A stretch of DNA of 64,000 nucleotides from an uncultured Sulfuricella sp. Lineage in GTDB: Bacteria; Pseudomonadota; Gammaproteobacteria; Burkholderiales; Sulfuricellaceae. The stretch covers positions 74,858 through 138,857 of the forward strand of contig CAZLJK010000003.1 of the NCBI GenBank assembly GCA_964559825.1. The letters run 5' to 3'. The notes under the pieces are model-generated. The model did no database searches, was not told where the DNA came from, and saw nothing but the letters and a program-made list of their open reading frames with translations. The position numbers and the translations under genes were made by a program. Below, piece after piece: positions 10,483 to 21,625 of this stretch. Every line of letters starts with the position of its first letter. The stretch's first letter is position 1.

Positions 10483-11145
10483 TCATGCCAATCCCGGTAA
10501 TAGCGGCACGAATTTCACCGCTTCCAGCGTCGTCTGACGATATTCATCAGCCGTATGTTCTATCAGACAGAGACGCTGCTCACCAGTTCCGATCGGGAAC
10601 ACCATCCGCCCGCCCTCGGCCAACTGCGGCAGCAGCGCCTCCGGCACATGGGTGGCGGCTGCGGTCATGATGATGCCGTCGAACGGACCCAGTTCCACCA
10701 GCCCGATAGAACCGTCTGCATGCTTGACCTTGATGTTGGCGGCGCGAATTTCACGCAGATGCCCGCGCGCCTTCATCAACAGCGGCGCGATTCGTTCAAC
10801 GGAATACACTTCCTTCGCCAGGCGTGCCAGCACGGCAGTCTGATAGCCGCAGCCCGTGCCGATTTCCAGCACTTTACCAAGCGTTCTGCCGCCGCGCAGC
10901 AACTCGGTCATGCGCGCAACGGTTTGGGGGTTGGAAATGGTCTGACCGAAACCGATCGGCAGCGAGCAATCTTCGTAGGCGCGGGTGGCCAATGCCTCAT
11001 CCACGAAAATATGGCGCGGCACGGAAGCCATCGCATCGAGCACCACCTCGTCCTTGATGCCCTGACTGCGCAAACGCTCCACCATGCGCACCCGGGTGCG
11101 CTGCGATGTCATGCCGATGCCACTGAGTTTCGCGCTCATAACCAC
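10483..11145 (-). CDS. pcm: Protein-L-isoaspartate O-methyltransferase
   Basis: [26 protein letters not shown] motifs; synteny with surE/nlpD. Confidence 0.96.
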   Translation of the reverse strand: MVMSAKLSGIGMTSQRTRVRMVERLRSQGIKDEVVLDAMASVPRHIFVDEALATRAYEDCSLPIGFGQTISNPQTVARMTELLRGGRTLGKVLEIGTGCGYQTAVLARLAKEVYSVERIAPLLMKARGHLREIRAANIKVKHADGSIGLVELGPFDGIIMTAAATHVPEALLPQLAEGGRMVFPIGTGEQRLCLIEHTADEYRQTTLEAVKFVPLLPGLA

Positions 11146-11873
11146 CCTTTGATCACTTCCATCTGCCCATAATGAGTCAAGTCGATCTGCAACGGCGTTA
11201 CAGAAACCATGCCGCGCGCCACGGCACCGAAATCCGTACCGGCTCCGGCATCCTGCGCAGCGCCGGCCGCACCTATCCAGTATACCGTTTCGCCACGCGG
11301 GTTCACCGATTTCACCACCGGTTCCGCCTTGTGGCGCCGGCCCAGCCGTGTGACTTCCCGGCCCAGAATCTGCTCGTAGGCTACATCCGGGACATTGACG
11401 TTCAACAGCACCGGACTGGTGAAGGGCTGATCCTGGTGGCGCTTGACAATCTCGGCTACCACGCGCGCTGCCGTCACATAGTTACCAGCCCCCTTGCTCA
11501 CCAAGGACACGGCAATTGAAGGGACACCCAGCAGGTAACCTTCGGTTGCCGCCGCCACCGTACCGGAATAAATCGTGTCGTCGCCCATGTTGGCGCCGTG
11601 ATTGATGCCCGAAATCACCATGTCCGGCAGATGATCCAGCATGCCGGTCACGGCTAGATGGACGCAGTCGGTGGGAGTGCCGTTAACATAATAGAAACCA
11701 CTATGGGCTTTGCGCAAGCTTAGCGGGCGATCCAGCGTGAGCGAATTGCTGGCGCCGCTGCGGTCGCGCTCGGGGGCGACTACAGTGATATCGGCAAGGG
11801 AGGAAAGTGTTTCGGCAAGGCAGGCCAAGCCAGGAGCGAAATAACCGTCATCGTTACTCAACAGAATACGCAT
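11136..11873 (-). CDS. surE: 5'/3'-nucleotidase SurE
   Basis: [27 protein letters not shown] motifs. Confidence 0.97.
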   Translation of the reverse strand: MRILLSNDDGYFAPGLACLAETLSSLADITVVAPERDRSGASNSLTLDRPLSLRKAHSGFYYVNGTPTDCVHLAVTGMLDHLPDMVISGINHGANMGDDTIYSGTVAAATEGYLLGVPSIAVSLVSKGAGNYVTAARVVAEIVKRHQDQPFTSPVLLNVNVPDVAYEQILGREVTRLGRRHKAEPVVKSVNPRGETVYWIGAAGAAQDAGAGTDFGAVARGMVSVTPLQIDLTHYGQMEVIKGWL

Positions 11874-11945
11874 CGTTGATTTTTACGGTTGGCCAGTGAG
11901 ATCCCGAAGCGGCATACCCCTTCGGGCTCCCACTTCAGTTATTAG

Positions 11946-12023
<78 letters not shown>

Positions 12024-12069
12024 AGAGAAGGCATTATAGCCGAAACCTGCGGACTCGGCTAGCTTCAGT

Positions 12070-12453
12070 CTAGATATGAAGCAGTTCCAGCACGCTTTTA
12101 ATTTCCCGTCTTAGCAAGGCCATATCCACGGCATGGCCCGCTTCAGGCGCGGTGTCTGCTGCCAAGGATGGCGCCTCCCGCTCCCCGGCTTCTTCCAGGC
12201 GATGGCGCGCGCCGCTGATGGTAAAACCCTGTTCGTACAACAGGTCGCGGATGCGGCGCACCAGCAGCACCTCGTGGTGCTGGTAGTAGCGTCGGTTGCC
12301 ACGCCTCTTCACCGGCTTGAGCTGGGTGAACTCCTGTTCCCAGTAGCGCAGCACATGGGGCTTGACTCCGCACAACTCGCTCACTTCACCGATCGTGAAA
12401 TAGCGCTTTGCCGGAATCGGCGGCAAATCAGGCTTGCTTGCGAGTTCCGCCAT
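12070..12453 (-). CDS. MerR-family transcriptional regulator (ihfA-associated type)
   Basis: [30 protein letters not shown]; conserved position between ihfA and tRNA-Pro. Confidence 0.93.
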   Translation of the reverse strand: MAELASKPDLPPIPAKRYFTIGEVSELCGVKPHVLRYWEQEFTQLKPVKRRGNRRYYQHHEVLLVRRIRDLLYEQGFTISGARHRLEEAGEREAPSLAADTAPEAGHAVDMALLRREIKSVLELLHI

Positions 12454-12754
12454 TTGCGGCCTCTAATTGATAGGATTCTTCCACCAAGCCCTTCAGCTTC
12501 TGGCTGGCATGGAAAGTCACCACGCGCCGCGCGGTGATCGGAATTTCTTCCCCGGTTTTGGGATTGCGCCCAGGACGCTCAGGCTTGTCGCGCAGTTCGA
12601 AGTTGCCGAACCCGGACAGCTTGACGCCTTCCCCTTTTTCCAGGGACACGCGGATCTCTTCAAAGAAGGATTCCACCATGTCCTTGGCTTCCCGTTTGTT
12701 CAACCCCACTTTTTCGAACAGCATGTCTGCAAGTTCAGCTTTTGTTAATGTCAT
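12428..12754 (-). CDS. ihfA: Integration host factor alpha
   Basis: TLTKAEL...VKLSGFGNF...[22 protein letters not shown]. Confidence 0.97.
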   Translation of the reverse strand: MTLTKAELADMLFEKVGLNKREAKDMVESFFEEIRVSLEKGEGVKLSGFGNFELRDKPERPGRNPKTGEEIPITARRVVTFHASQKLKGLVEESYQLEAANGGTRKQA

Positions 12755-12763
12755 GTCCGTTCC

Positions 12764-15121
12764 TCAATTACGTAACTTCGCGCCGTAGCGAGAAGTCAAA
12801 ACTTCAGCAAGTTGCGCGGTCACCGCGTCTACTTCTTCATCGGTCAGAGTTCGACGAGTATCTTGCATCAACACCCGGAATGCAAGACTTTTTTTACCTA
12901 AATCAATGCCTTTGCCGCGATAGACATCAAACAACGCGAGCTCTGAGACGACCTCCGGCAAGTGCTCACTCATGCCGTCAAGCAAGGCCTGCACGCTGAC
13001 TCCTTCGTCCACGACCACCGCGATATCACGGCGCACCGCCTGAAACTTCGAGATCTCGGCAAACACGGGAACCCTGCCAAGCAGCAGTGCGGCCATCTCC
13101 AGCTCGAACAAGACCGGCGCGGCCGGCAGTTCGTATTTCTGCTGCCACTTCGGATGCAGTGCGCCGATCCAGCCGAGAAACTCCCCCTCCAGCCACACCT
13201 TTGCCGCCTGGCCGGGGTGTAAGGCCGGATGAGAGGCGGCCTCGAAGCGGGGCGCCGCAGGCCAGAAGAGGGCTTCCACATCCGCCTTGACGTCGTAAAA
13301 ATCCACTGCGCGCGCGCGCTCGCCCCACTGCTCGTGCCGGGCGTTGCCGTAGCACAGACCGGCGATTCTTTCCGGTTGGCTGAAGCCATCTGCCGATCGG
13401 GTAAAACAGCACCCGGTTTCAAACAGGCGCACGCGTTCCTGCTTGCGGTTGAGATTGAAGCGCAGGTTATCGATCAAACCGCCAAACAGGGTCGAACGCA
13501 TCACCCCCATCTGGCTGGCGATGGGGTTCTTTAGCGGCAACGGGCTGTCGTTGCCGGCGATATCGCGCTCCCACGCCGCATCGACAAAGCTGTAATTGAT
13601 CACTTCCTGGAAATCGCGCGCGGTCAGCAGATCCCGCAACGTATCCCGCCCCCGTGCCGTCTCGGACTGGGCCAACATGTTCAGACTGCCTCTGGGTGGC
13701 AATGCGGGGATATTGTCGTAACCGTAGAGTCGCGCCACTTCCTCGATCAGATCGGCCTCGATGGCCAGGTCGAAACGATAGCTCGGCGGCGTGACCTGGA
13801 ATGCCTCGTCGTCTGCGGCAAAATCGAATTGCAGGCGGGACAGCAGCGCCGCTATTTGGGCTGCGCTCAAAGCGATGCCCAGCACCCGATTGACGCGCGC
13901 CACCCGCAGCCGGATCGGGGCGCGTTGCGGCAATTCAGCCATTACTTCGGTGATCTCGCCTGCCGCACCGCCGCAGATTTCCAGCAGCAGTTGCGTTGCC
14001 CGTTCCAGCGCGGCACGCGTTGCAGCGAAATCCACTCCGCGTTCAAAACGATAGGAAGAATCGGTAGAAAGCGTCAGCCTGCGCGCCTTGCCGGCGATGG
14101 TATCCGGGCCGAAGAATGCGCTTTCCAGAAAGACATCAACGGTCGCATCGGATACCGCGCTGAACTGACCGCCCATCACGCCAGCCAAGGCCAGAGGCTG
14201 CGCTTCGTCCGCAATCACCAGCATGTCGGAATCCAGTGCAACCGTCTGCTGGTTGAGCAGTTCCAGTTGCTCGCCGGAACGGGCGAAACGCACGCAAATG
14301 CCGCCCTGAACTTTCGCCAGGTCAAACGCATGCAGCGGTTGTCCCTGCTCCAGCAGAACGTAATTGGTCACGTCCACGACCGCACTGATCGGACGCAGCC
14401 CGCTTCTTTTCAGCCGGCGGGCCATCCATTCCGGAGTCGCTGCTGCCGCATTCAGGCCTTTCAGCACCCGTCCGCAGTAACGTGGACAAGCCACGGGTTC
14501 ATCCACAGTGACAGCGATCCGGTCAGGAATGGAGGCCGGCACGACCACCGCATTCGGCAGGCTCAACGCTGCGCCCGTCACCGCCGCCACCTCGCGTGCA
14601 ACGCCGGCCACGCTCAGGCAGTCGCTGCGGTTGGGCGTGAGTTTAAGGGTGTACAGCTTGTCGTCGAGACCGAGATAGTCGCGGATCGACTGCCCGACCA
14701 TCGCATCCGACGGCAGCAGCAACAGACCACTGCTCTCGTCGGCCAAGCCCAGTTCCGACTCGGAACACAGCATGCCGGAGGATTCGACGCCGCGCACCTT
14801 GGCCTGCTTGATCGCCATCTTCGGCAGTTGCGCGCCGACCAGGGCACACGGCACCTTCGCTCCGGCACGGGCATTGGCCGCACCGCACACGATCTGCAGC
14901 GGCTCACCGGCACCGATATCGACCCGGCAGACATTCAGCCGGTCGGCATCGGGATGCTTCTCCAGCGAAAGCACCTCTCCCACCACCACCTTGTCGAAGG
15001 GAGGCGCGACCGATTCCAGCGCCTCCACCTCCAGCCCTGCCATGGTCAGGGCATGGGCGAGCCGGTCGCTGTCAAGATCGGGATTGACGTAGGCGCGTAG
15101 CCAGTTTTCGGAAAATTTCAT
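12764..15121 (-). CDS. pheT: Phenylalanyl-tRNA synthetase beta subunit
   Basis: MKFSENWLR, LKLTPNRSDCLS, SSYRFERGVD, C-terminal FDX-ACB (KKSLAFRV). Confidence 0.98.
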   Translation of the reverse strand: MKFSENWLRAYVNPDLDSDRLAHALTMAGLEVEALESVAPPFDKVVVGEVLSLEKHPDADRLNVCRVDIGAGEPLQIVCGAANARAGAKVPCALVGAQLPKMAIKQAKVRGVESSGMLCSESELGLADESSGLLLLPSDAMVGQSIRDYLGLDDKLYTLKLTPNRSDCLSVAGVAREVAAVTGAALSLPNAVVVPASIPDRIAVTVDEPVACPRYCGRVLKGLNAAAATPEWMARRLKRSGLRPISAVVDVTNYVLLEQGQPLHAFDLAKVQGGICVRFARSGEQLELLNQQTVALDSDMLVIADEAQPLALAGVMGGQFSAVSDATVDVFLESAFFGPDTIAGKARRLTLSTDSSYRFERGVDFAATRAALERATQLLLEICGGAAGEITEVMAELPQRAPIRLRVARVNRVLGIALSAAQIAALLSRLQFDFAADDEAFQVTPPSYRFDLAIEADLIEEVARLYGYDNIPALPPRGSLNMLAQSETARGRDTLRDLLTARDFQEVINYSFVDAAWERDIAGNDSPLPLKNPIASQMGVMRSTLFGGLIDNLRFNLNRKQERVRLFETGCCFTRSADGFSQPERIAGLCYGNARHEQWGERARAVDFYDVKADVEALFWPAAPRFEAASHPALHPGQAAKVWLEGEFLGWIGALHPKWQQKYELPAAPVLFELEMAALLLGRVPVFAEISKFQAVRRDIAVVVDEGVSVQALLDGMSEHLPEVVSELALFDVYRGKGIDLGKKSLAFRVLMQDTRRTLTDEEVDAVTAQLAEVLTSRYGAKLRN

Positions 15122-16126
<1,005 letters not shown>

Positions 16127-16139
16127 CTAAAAACAGCGA

Positions 16140-16275
16140 TTCACCGCAGAGGACGCGGTGGACGCGGAGGAAAAACAAGATATTGCCAAGTTATGCTGAG
16201 TCGCCCATTAGTGAGAGCGTTTCTTTACATCAAGCATTTGAACTCCTCAGCGTCCACCGCGTCCTCTGCGGTTAA
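16140..16275. repeat. Long inverted repeat (33-bp arms built of 9-nt units, 70-nt spacer)
   Basis: TTCACCGCAGAGGACGCGGTGGACGCGGAGGAA (16140-16172) matches the reverse complement of 16243-16275 at 30/33 positions. Confidence 0.85.
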
Positions 16276-16291
16276 ATAGCTTTTATAGGAT

Positions 16292-16321
16292 AAAAAAAGG
16301 AGGCCTCTCAGCCTCCTTTTT
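16292..16321 (-). terminator. Intrinsic terminator after rplT (bidirectional shape)
   Basis: AAAAAAAGGAGGC-CTCTCA-GCCTCCTTTTT. Confidence 0.85.
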
Positions 16322-16333
16322 CTTTACTGCAAA

Positions 16334-16693
16334 TTAGGCAGCGAGGCGGGCTTTTACCTGATTCACAATGTGTGCAAAAGCGGGCTTGTCGAACACCGCC
16401 AGATCGGCCAGAACCTTACGGTCCACTTCGATTGCGGCTTTCTTCATGCCATTCATGAACACGCTGTAGGTCAGTCCCAGTTCGCGGGCTGCCGCATTGA
16501 TACGGACAATCCACAGTGCGCGGAATTGACGCTTCTTCTGGCGGCGGTCGCGATAGGCATACTGACCGGCTTTCATCACCGCCTGCTTGGCGATGCGGTA
16601 TACGTTCTTGCGGCGGCCGCGGAAACCCTTGGCCTGTTCCAGAACTTTCTTGTGGCGCGCGCGCGCCGTTACACCCCGTTTAACTCTTGGCAT
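16334..16693 (-). CDS. rplT: 50S ribosomal protein L20
   Basis: [18 protein letters not shown]. Confidence 0.99.
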   Translation of the reverse strand: MPRVKRGVTARARHKKVLEQAKGFRGRRKNVYRIAKQAVMKAGQYAYRDRRQKKRQFRALWIVRINAAARELGLTYSVFMNGMKKAAIEVDRKVLADLAVFDKPAFAHIVNQVKARLAA

Positions 16694-16705
16694 TTTTCAG
16701 TCTCC

Positions 16706-16903
16706 TTACGCGTAGGGCAACATGGAGCGAACCGACTTCATGTCGCTCGCACAAACCATCGAAGTACCGCGCAGCTGACGCTTGCGCTTGGTCGTTTTCT
16801 TGGTCAGGATGTGGCGCAGGTGGGAACTGGAGCGCTTGATGCCGCCGCCTCCCAGAGACTTGAAGCGCTTGGCAGCGCCGCTTTTGGTTTTCATCTTAGG
16901 CAT
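16706..16903 (-). CDS. rpmI: 50S ribosomal protein L35
   Basis: [14 protein letters not shown]...HILTKK. Confidence 0.99.
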   Translation of the reverse strand: MPKMKTKSGAAKRFKSLGGGGIKRSSSHLRHILTKKTTKRKRQLRGTSMVCASDMKSVRSMLPYA

Positions 16904-17007
16904 GTTCAACTCCTACATTTTAGCTTGATGCCAGGCGCTCCCCTGCGGGGAAACTTGGTAGCCTGAACACCACTTCTTTTTAGCGGCCAACGGCCACTAG
17001 GTTCCTA

Positions 17008-17526
17008 CTACTTCTTCTTCGGCGACAACACCATCACCATCTGACGGCCTTCCATTTTCGGAAACTGCTCGACCGTGCCGTGCTCCAACAGATCAGCCTC
17101 AACGCGCTTGAGGAGTCGCAAGCCGATTTCCTGGTGCGCCATCTCCCGACCCCGGAAACGCAGGGTGATTTTGCACTTGTCGCCCTCTTCCAGAAAACGA
17201 ATCAGGTTGCGCAACTTGATCAAGTAGTCGCCCTCGTCCGTTCCCGGACGAAACTTCACTTCCTTGACCTTGATCTGGATCTGCTTCAGCTTGGCTTCGT
17301 GCTGCTTCTTGCTTTCGCGGTATTTGAACTTGCCGTAATCCATCAAACGGCACACCGGCGGCTGGGCTTGCGGAGCGATCTCGACCAGGTCGATCTCGGC
17401 CTCTTCCGCCATTTTCATGGCCTCGGCCAGGCTAACTATGCCAAGCGGCTCACCTTCCACACCGACCAAACGAATCTCGGGCGCAGTAATCTCGCCATTG
17501 ATTCGTGATTCTTTTTCCTGAGCGAT
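17008..17526 (-). CDS. infC: Translation initiation factor IF-3, non-AUG (AUC) start
   Basis: GGAGG RBS then ATC GCT CAG GAA AAA GAA TCA CGA ATC AAT GGC GAG ATT, in frame with the IF-3 body ([14 protein letters not shown]). Confidence 0.95.
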   Translation of the reverse strand: MAQEKESRINGEITAPEIRLVGVEGEPLGIVSLAEAMKMAEEAEIDLVEIAPQAQPPVCRLMDYGKFKYRESKKQHEAKLKQIQIKVKEVKFRPGTDEGDYLIKLRNLIRFLEEGDKCKITLRFRGREMAHQEIGLRLLKRVEADLLEHGTVEQFPKMEGRQMVMVLSPKKK

Positions 17527-17551
17527 AGCAAAACCTCCAAAATCAAAAAAA

Positions 17552-19468
17552 TTAAACCGTGCCTACCCTCTCGGCAACCTCGCCCTTGAAACGCTCGATC
17601 AACGCTTCGAGCGGCATCTGGCCTAGGTCTTCGCCCTTACGGGTACGCACGGCAACCTGTTTCGAAGCCACCTCTTTATCCCCCACGATCAGGAGGTAAG
17701 GCAGCCTTTGCAAACTATGTTCCCGTATTTTATAGGTTATTTTCTCATTTCTCAAGTCCGCCTCGACGCGCAGACCGTTCTTCCTGAGCTCGGCCACCAC
17801 TTCACGCGCATAATCCGCCTGGGCATCGGTGATGTTCATGACCACCATCTGCTGCGGCGCCAGCCACATCGGGAAAGCGCCGGCGTAATGTTCGATCAGG
17901 ATGCCGATGAAGCGCTCCAGCGAGCCGAGTATGGCGCGGTGCAGCATCACCGGCGTCTGCTTGGAACTGTCTTCGTTAATATAGGTTGCGTCCAGCCGGC
18001 CCGGCATGGAAAAGTCCACCTGGATGGTGCCGCACTGCCAGACGCGATTCAGGCAGTCGCGCAGCGAAAACTCGATCTTCGGCCCGTAGAATGCGCCCTC
18101 GCCCGGCTGCAGCTCGAATTCCAGGCCCTTGCGCTTGAGCGCCATCTCCAGAGCCGCCTCGGCCTTGTCCCACACCTCGTCGGCGCCGACGCGCTGCTCC
18201 GGCCGGGTGGAAAGCTTGACGACAATGTCGTCGAAGCCGAATTCGGCATAGACCTTTTGCAGCAGATCGATGAAAGTCGCCACTTCATCCTGGATCTGCG
18301 CTTCGGTGCAGAAAATATGGGCGTCGTCCTGGGTGAAATTGCGCACCCTCATGATGCCGGCGAGCGTGCCGGAAGGCTCGTTCCTGTGGCAAGAGCCGAA
18401 TTCCGCCAGCCGAAGGGGCAGGTCGCGGTAGCTCTTCAAGCCTTGGTTGAACACCTGGATATGGCACGGGCAGTTCATCGGCTTGACCGCGTAGTCGCGG
18501 GTTTCCGAATGGGTAGTGAACATCATCGCCTGGAACTTGTCCCAGTGACCGGACTTTTCCCACAGGGAGCGATCCACCACCTGTGGCGTGCGGATTTCCT
18601 GGTAGCCGTTGTCGCGGAACACGCCGCGCATGTATTGCTCGACGATCTGGTACAGCGTCCAGCCCCTGGGATGCCAGAATACCATGCCCGGCGCTTCTTC
18701 CTGGGTATGGAACAGGTCCAGCAGCTTGCCGATCTTGCGGTGGTCGCGCTTCTCGGCCTCTTCCAGACGGTGCAGATAGGCTTCCTGGTCTTCCTTCTTC
18801 GCCCAAGCCGTGCCATAGATACGCGTCAGCATTTCGTTCTTCGAGTCGCCGCGCCAGTAGGCGCCGGCCACCTTCATCAGCTTGAACACCTTGAGCTTGG
18901 CCGTCGAGGGCACATGCGGGCCGCGGCACAGGTCGGTGAAGTCGCCCTGGGCGTACAGCGACACATCCTCGTCGCTGGGGATGGATTCGATGATTTGCGC
19001 CTTGTAGTACTCGCCCAAGCCCTTGAAGAAGGCAATGGCGTCGGAACGCGGCAGCACCTTGCGCTCGACTTTCAGGTCGGCTTTGACAAGCTCCGCCATT
19101 TTCTTTTCGATGGCCAGGAGGTCATCGGGCGTGAACGGGCGCTTGTAGGAGAAATCGTAGAAAAATCCATCCTCGATCACCGGTCCGATCGTGACCTGAG
19201 CATCCGGGAAGAGGGATTTTACGGCTTGCGCAAGGAGATGCGCGGTGGAATGGCGGATCACTTCCAGGCCTTCGGCGTCGCGATCAGTAATGATAGCCAG
19301 ATCGCTATCGACCTCGATACAGTGCGAAGTATCCACCAGCTTGCCGTCGACCTTGCCGGCCAGTGCCGCGCGGGCCAGGCCCGCGCCGATGCTGGCGGCC
19401 ACTTCGGCTACCGTTACTGGCTGATCGAATTTGCGCTCGGAGCCATCAGGCAAGCGAATAACAGGCAT
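17552..19468 (-). CDS. thrS: Threonyl-tRNA synthetase
   Basis: [13 protein letters not shown] domain, [25 protein letters not shown]. The ORF-track extension upstream overlaps the tRNA. Confidence 0.98.
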   Translation of the reverse strand: MPVIRLPDGSERKFDQPVTVAEVAASIGAGLARAALAGKVDGKLVDTSHCIEVDSDLAIITDRDAEGLEVIRHSTAHLLAQAVKSLFPDAQVTIGPVIEDGFFYDFSYKRPFTPDDLLAIEKKMAELVKADLKVERKVLPRSDAIAFFKGLGEYYKAQIIESIPSDEDVSLYAQGDFTDLCRGPHVPSTAKLKVFKLMKVAGAYWRGDSKNEMLTRIYGTAWAKKEDQEAYLHRLEEAEKRDHRKIGKLLDLFHTQEEAPGMVFWHPRGWTLYQIVEQYMRGVFRDNGYQEIRTPQVVDRSLWEKSGHWDKFQAMMFTTHSETRDYAVKPMNCPCHIQVFNQGLKSYRDLPLRLAEFGSCHRNEPSGTLAGIMRVRNFTQDDAHIFCTEAQIQDEVATFIDLLQKVYAEFGFDDIVVKLSTRPEQRVGADEVWDKAEAALEMALKRKGLEFELQPGEGAFYGPKIEFSLRDCLNRVWQCGTIQVDFSMPGRLDATYINEDSSKQTPVMLHRAILGSLERFIGILIEHYAGAFPMWLAPQQMVVMNITDAQADYAREVVAELRKNGLRVEADLRNEKITYKIREHSLQRLPYLLIVGDKEVASKQVAVRTRKGEDLGQMPLEALIERFKGEVAERVGTV

Positions 19469-19485
19469 TTGAATCCTACCAAAAC

Positions 19486-19510
19486 AAAAGTGCGGCAAAG
19501 CCGCACTTTT
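19486..19510 (-). terminator. Hairpin/terminator between tRNA-Val and thrS
   Basis: Perfect 11-bp inverted repeat AAAAGTGCGGC-AAA-GCCGCACTTTT. Confidence 0.75.
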
Positions 19511-19518
19511 TAAGAATT

Positions 19519-19595
19519 TGGTAGGCGCGATTGGACTCGAACCAACGACCCCCACCATGTCAAGGTGGTGCTCTAACCAGCTGAGCTACGCGCCT
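19519..19595 (-). tRNA. tRNA-Val (GAC)
   Basis: AGGCGCGTAGCTCAGCTGGTTAGAGCACCACCTTGACATGGTGGGGGTCGTTGGTTCGAGTCCAATCGCGCCTACCA. Confidence 0.96.
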
Positions 19596-19618
19596 AAAAA
19601 ACGAAACGGCATTCTATC

Positions 19619-20467
19619 TTAGTTTGCCCGCCGTTTCAAATCGAGTTTTTCTGCACCTCCCACGTGCCTGTCCAGGAACTCGCCCAAAGCCTGAACCCAG
19701 GAATCGCGCGCGAATATAAATCCCTCGTTGTGGCCGCCGCTGAGTTCGAGGAACTGCTTGGGTGCATTCGCAGCTTCGTACAGCGCGCGCCCGTGCTGAA
19801 AGGGGATAATTTCATCATCTGGGCTGTGGGCGATGAATACCGGTGCCTCGACCGCGCGCAAATACGAGCGCGTATCGTAATCGAAGCGGGACAACCGCCG
19901 GACCGGAAGAAAGGGATAGAACTTCGCCGCAAGATCGGGCACCGAAGTGAAGCCCGAGGCGATCACCAGCGCGCCTGGCCGGTGACGAGTAGCCAGCCAG
20001 GCGGCGACGGCCCCACCCAGCGATTCGCCGAACAGTACGATGGTATCGGAAGGAATTTTCCGGGTTTCGGTCAGATGGCGCCAGGCCGCCTCGGCATCCT
20101 GATAGGTGCCCTGTTCCGAAGGCTTGCCGGCGTTGTTGCCGTAACCGCGGTAATCGATGATCAGGGTGCTGTAGCCGAGGCGGTGGAACATCTGCAGGAA
20201 ATCGAGGCGATGGGAAATATTGCCGGCGTTGCCGTGCAGGAACAGCACCGTGCCGCGGGATTCAACGCTGGGGACAAACCAGCCATGCAGGGCGACGCCG
20301 TCTGCCGTGACCAGCTTCACATCTTCGTAATCGAGGCCGACCTGACGCGGCGTGGACATCATTTCGCGCCCGATCTCAGGATAATAAACCATGCTCGACT
20401 GGGAAAAATACAGCAGCCCCGCGAGCCCGGCATAAGCCGCGGTCAGCATGCCCAGAATCTGCCACAT
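19619..20467 (-). CDS. Alpha/beta hydrolase (ABHD13/Bem46-like)
   Basis: N-terminal TM segment, FLHGNAGN, GESLGGAVA nucleophile elbow, HSPDDE, GGHN. Confidence 0.9.
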   Translation of the reverse strand: MWQILGMLTAAYAGLAGLLYFSQSSMVYYPEIGREMMSTPRQVGLDYEDVKLVTADGVALHGWFVPSVESRGTVLFLHGNAGNISHRLDFLQMFHRLGYSTLIIDYRGYGNNAGKPSEQGTYQDAEAAWRHLTETRKIPSDTIVLFGESLGGAVAAWLATRHRPGALVIASGFTSVPDLAAKFYPFLPVRRLSRFDYDTRSYLRAVEAPVFIAHSPDDEIIPFQHGRALYEAANAPKQFLELSGGHNEGFIFARDSWVQALGEFLDRHVGGAEKLDLKRRAN

Positions 20468-21252
20468 CAGGCGCACCCCGCTTCCTCACCCATCCGCGCC
20501 GCGGGATCCTGGCGGTAGAATGCCGCCAGCTGCCGGTACACCTCGGGATATTCCCGCCGCAAGACATGCGGAATTTCAAAAAAAGCCTCGCTCGCCACGG
20601 CAAAAAACTCCGCCGGGCTCTCCGCCGCATAGGGGTCGATCAGCGTTTCCGTGCCGGATTCGACTTTGGCGCCAAAATCTTCAAATGCCACGGTGAATGC
20701 CTGTGTCCAAGCGCCCCGCTCCATTTCGCGATGCAGCGGCGGAAAGCCGTCCGGCACGCCATTCAGCATATCCAGCTTATGGGCGAACTCGTGGATCACC
20801 ACATTGACGCCGTCGTGCTCGCCGGAACGTTCCACGTCGGCGGCGGACAGGATCACCGGCCCGCGCTCCCAGGATTCGCCAATCATCGGTTCACGCACCA
20901 GATGCACCACCCCGTCTTCATCCATGAACTCGTGTTCCGGCACGAATTCGTCCGGATAGACGATGACCGACACCCAGCCCGCGTAATAATCCAGGCCCAG
21001 GTTGAGTATCGGCAAGCACGCCTGTGCCGCAATCTTCAACCTCATGTCGCCGCTCAAGCCATATCCGACCGCCGCGACCAGTTCCTTTTCGCGCAAAAAC
21101 ACCGTCACCAGTTCGCGCAGGCGATTGAGCTCTTCATCCGACAGGCCGCCCAGCAACGGCAAGGACGCAACCACATCCCGCCATGCCGTTTCGGGCAGGG
21201 TATCGTGTTGCTGGATGCGCCTCCTGCGCCAGTTCCTGTAACTCCACACCAT
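20467..21252 (-). CDS. mtfA: MtfA-like zinc-dependent peptidase (M90)
   Basis: NVVIHEFAHKLD HEXXH motif; DPYAAESPAEFFAVASEAFFE. Confidence 0.88.
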   Translation of the reverse strand: MVWSYRNWRRRRIQQHDTLPETAWRDVVASLPLLGGLSDEELNRLRELVTVFLREKELVAAVGYGLSGDMRLKIAAQACLPILNLGLDYYAGWVSVIVYPDEFVPEHEFMDEDGVVHLVREPMIGESWERGPVILSAADVERSGEHDGVNVVIHEFAHKLDMLNGVPDGFPPLHREMERGAWTQAFTVAFEDFGAKVESGTETLIDPYAAESPAEFFAVASEAFFEIPHVLRREYPEVYRQLAAFYRQDPAARMGEEAGCA

Positions 21253-21417
21253 GGCATCCTAAAAAACACAACAACCTGATTTTAGATATTTTTTCGTCAG
21301 ATTAAAAATATCTTGAAATCACTGTTTCATTCTCTATAGTTAAATAATGTATGGAAGGCGCTCACCTTCCATGCAAAAAATTCCCTTCAACGAGAAAACG
21401 CGATACGGAGGAGCAAA

Positions 21418-21618
21418 ATGCACCGTTTGGTCATTCAAACCGAAGCAATGCTGTATGAATTCCGCAAGCACATTCCCACCGACTGCAAGACCGCGAAATC
21501 CATCGACCGCAATGACTCCTGGGACAGGGTTGCAACCATCGCCAAGGATGACGGCTTCCTGGAACTTGCCGAACAACTGAAAAAATCGAAGTGTCAATTG
21601 CTGACGCAAGCTCACTGA
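21418..21618 (+). CDS. Small hypothetical protein (66 aa)
   Basis: GGAG RBS; sits in the gap between mtfA and relA; protein-like composition. Confidence 0.65.
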   Translation: MHRLVIQTEAMLYEFRKHIPTDCKTAKSIDRNDSWDRVATIAKDDGFLELAEQLKKSKCQLLTQAH

Positions 21619-21625
21619 GCGCCGA

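Noticed and set aside
17708-19513. 601-aa plus-strand ORF (also 13829-15100, 22100-23542, 48587-50269, 52565-53959 and similar)
   Set aside because: These are antisense shadows of well-supported genes, typical of GC-rich DNA, with no recognisable motifs.
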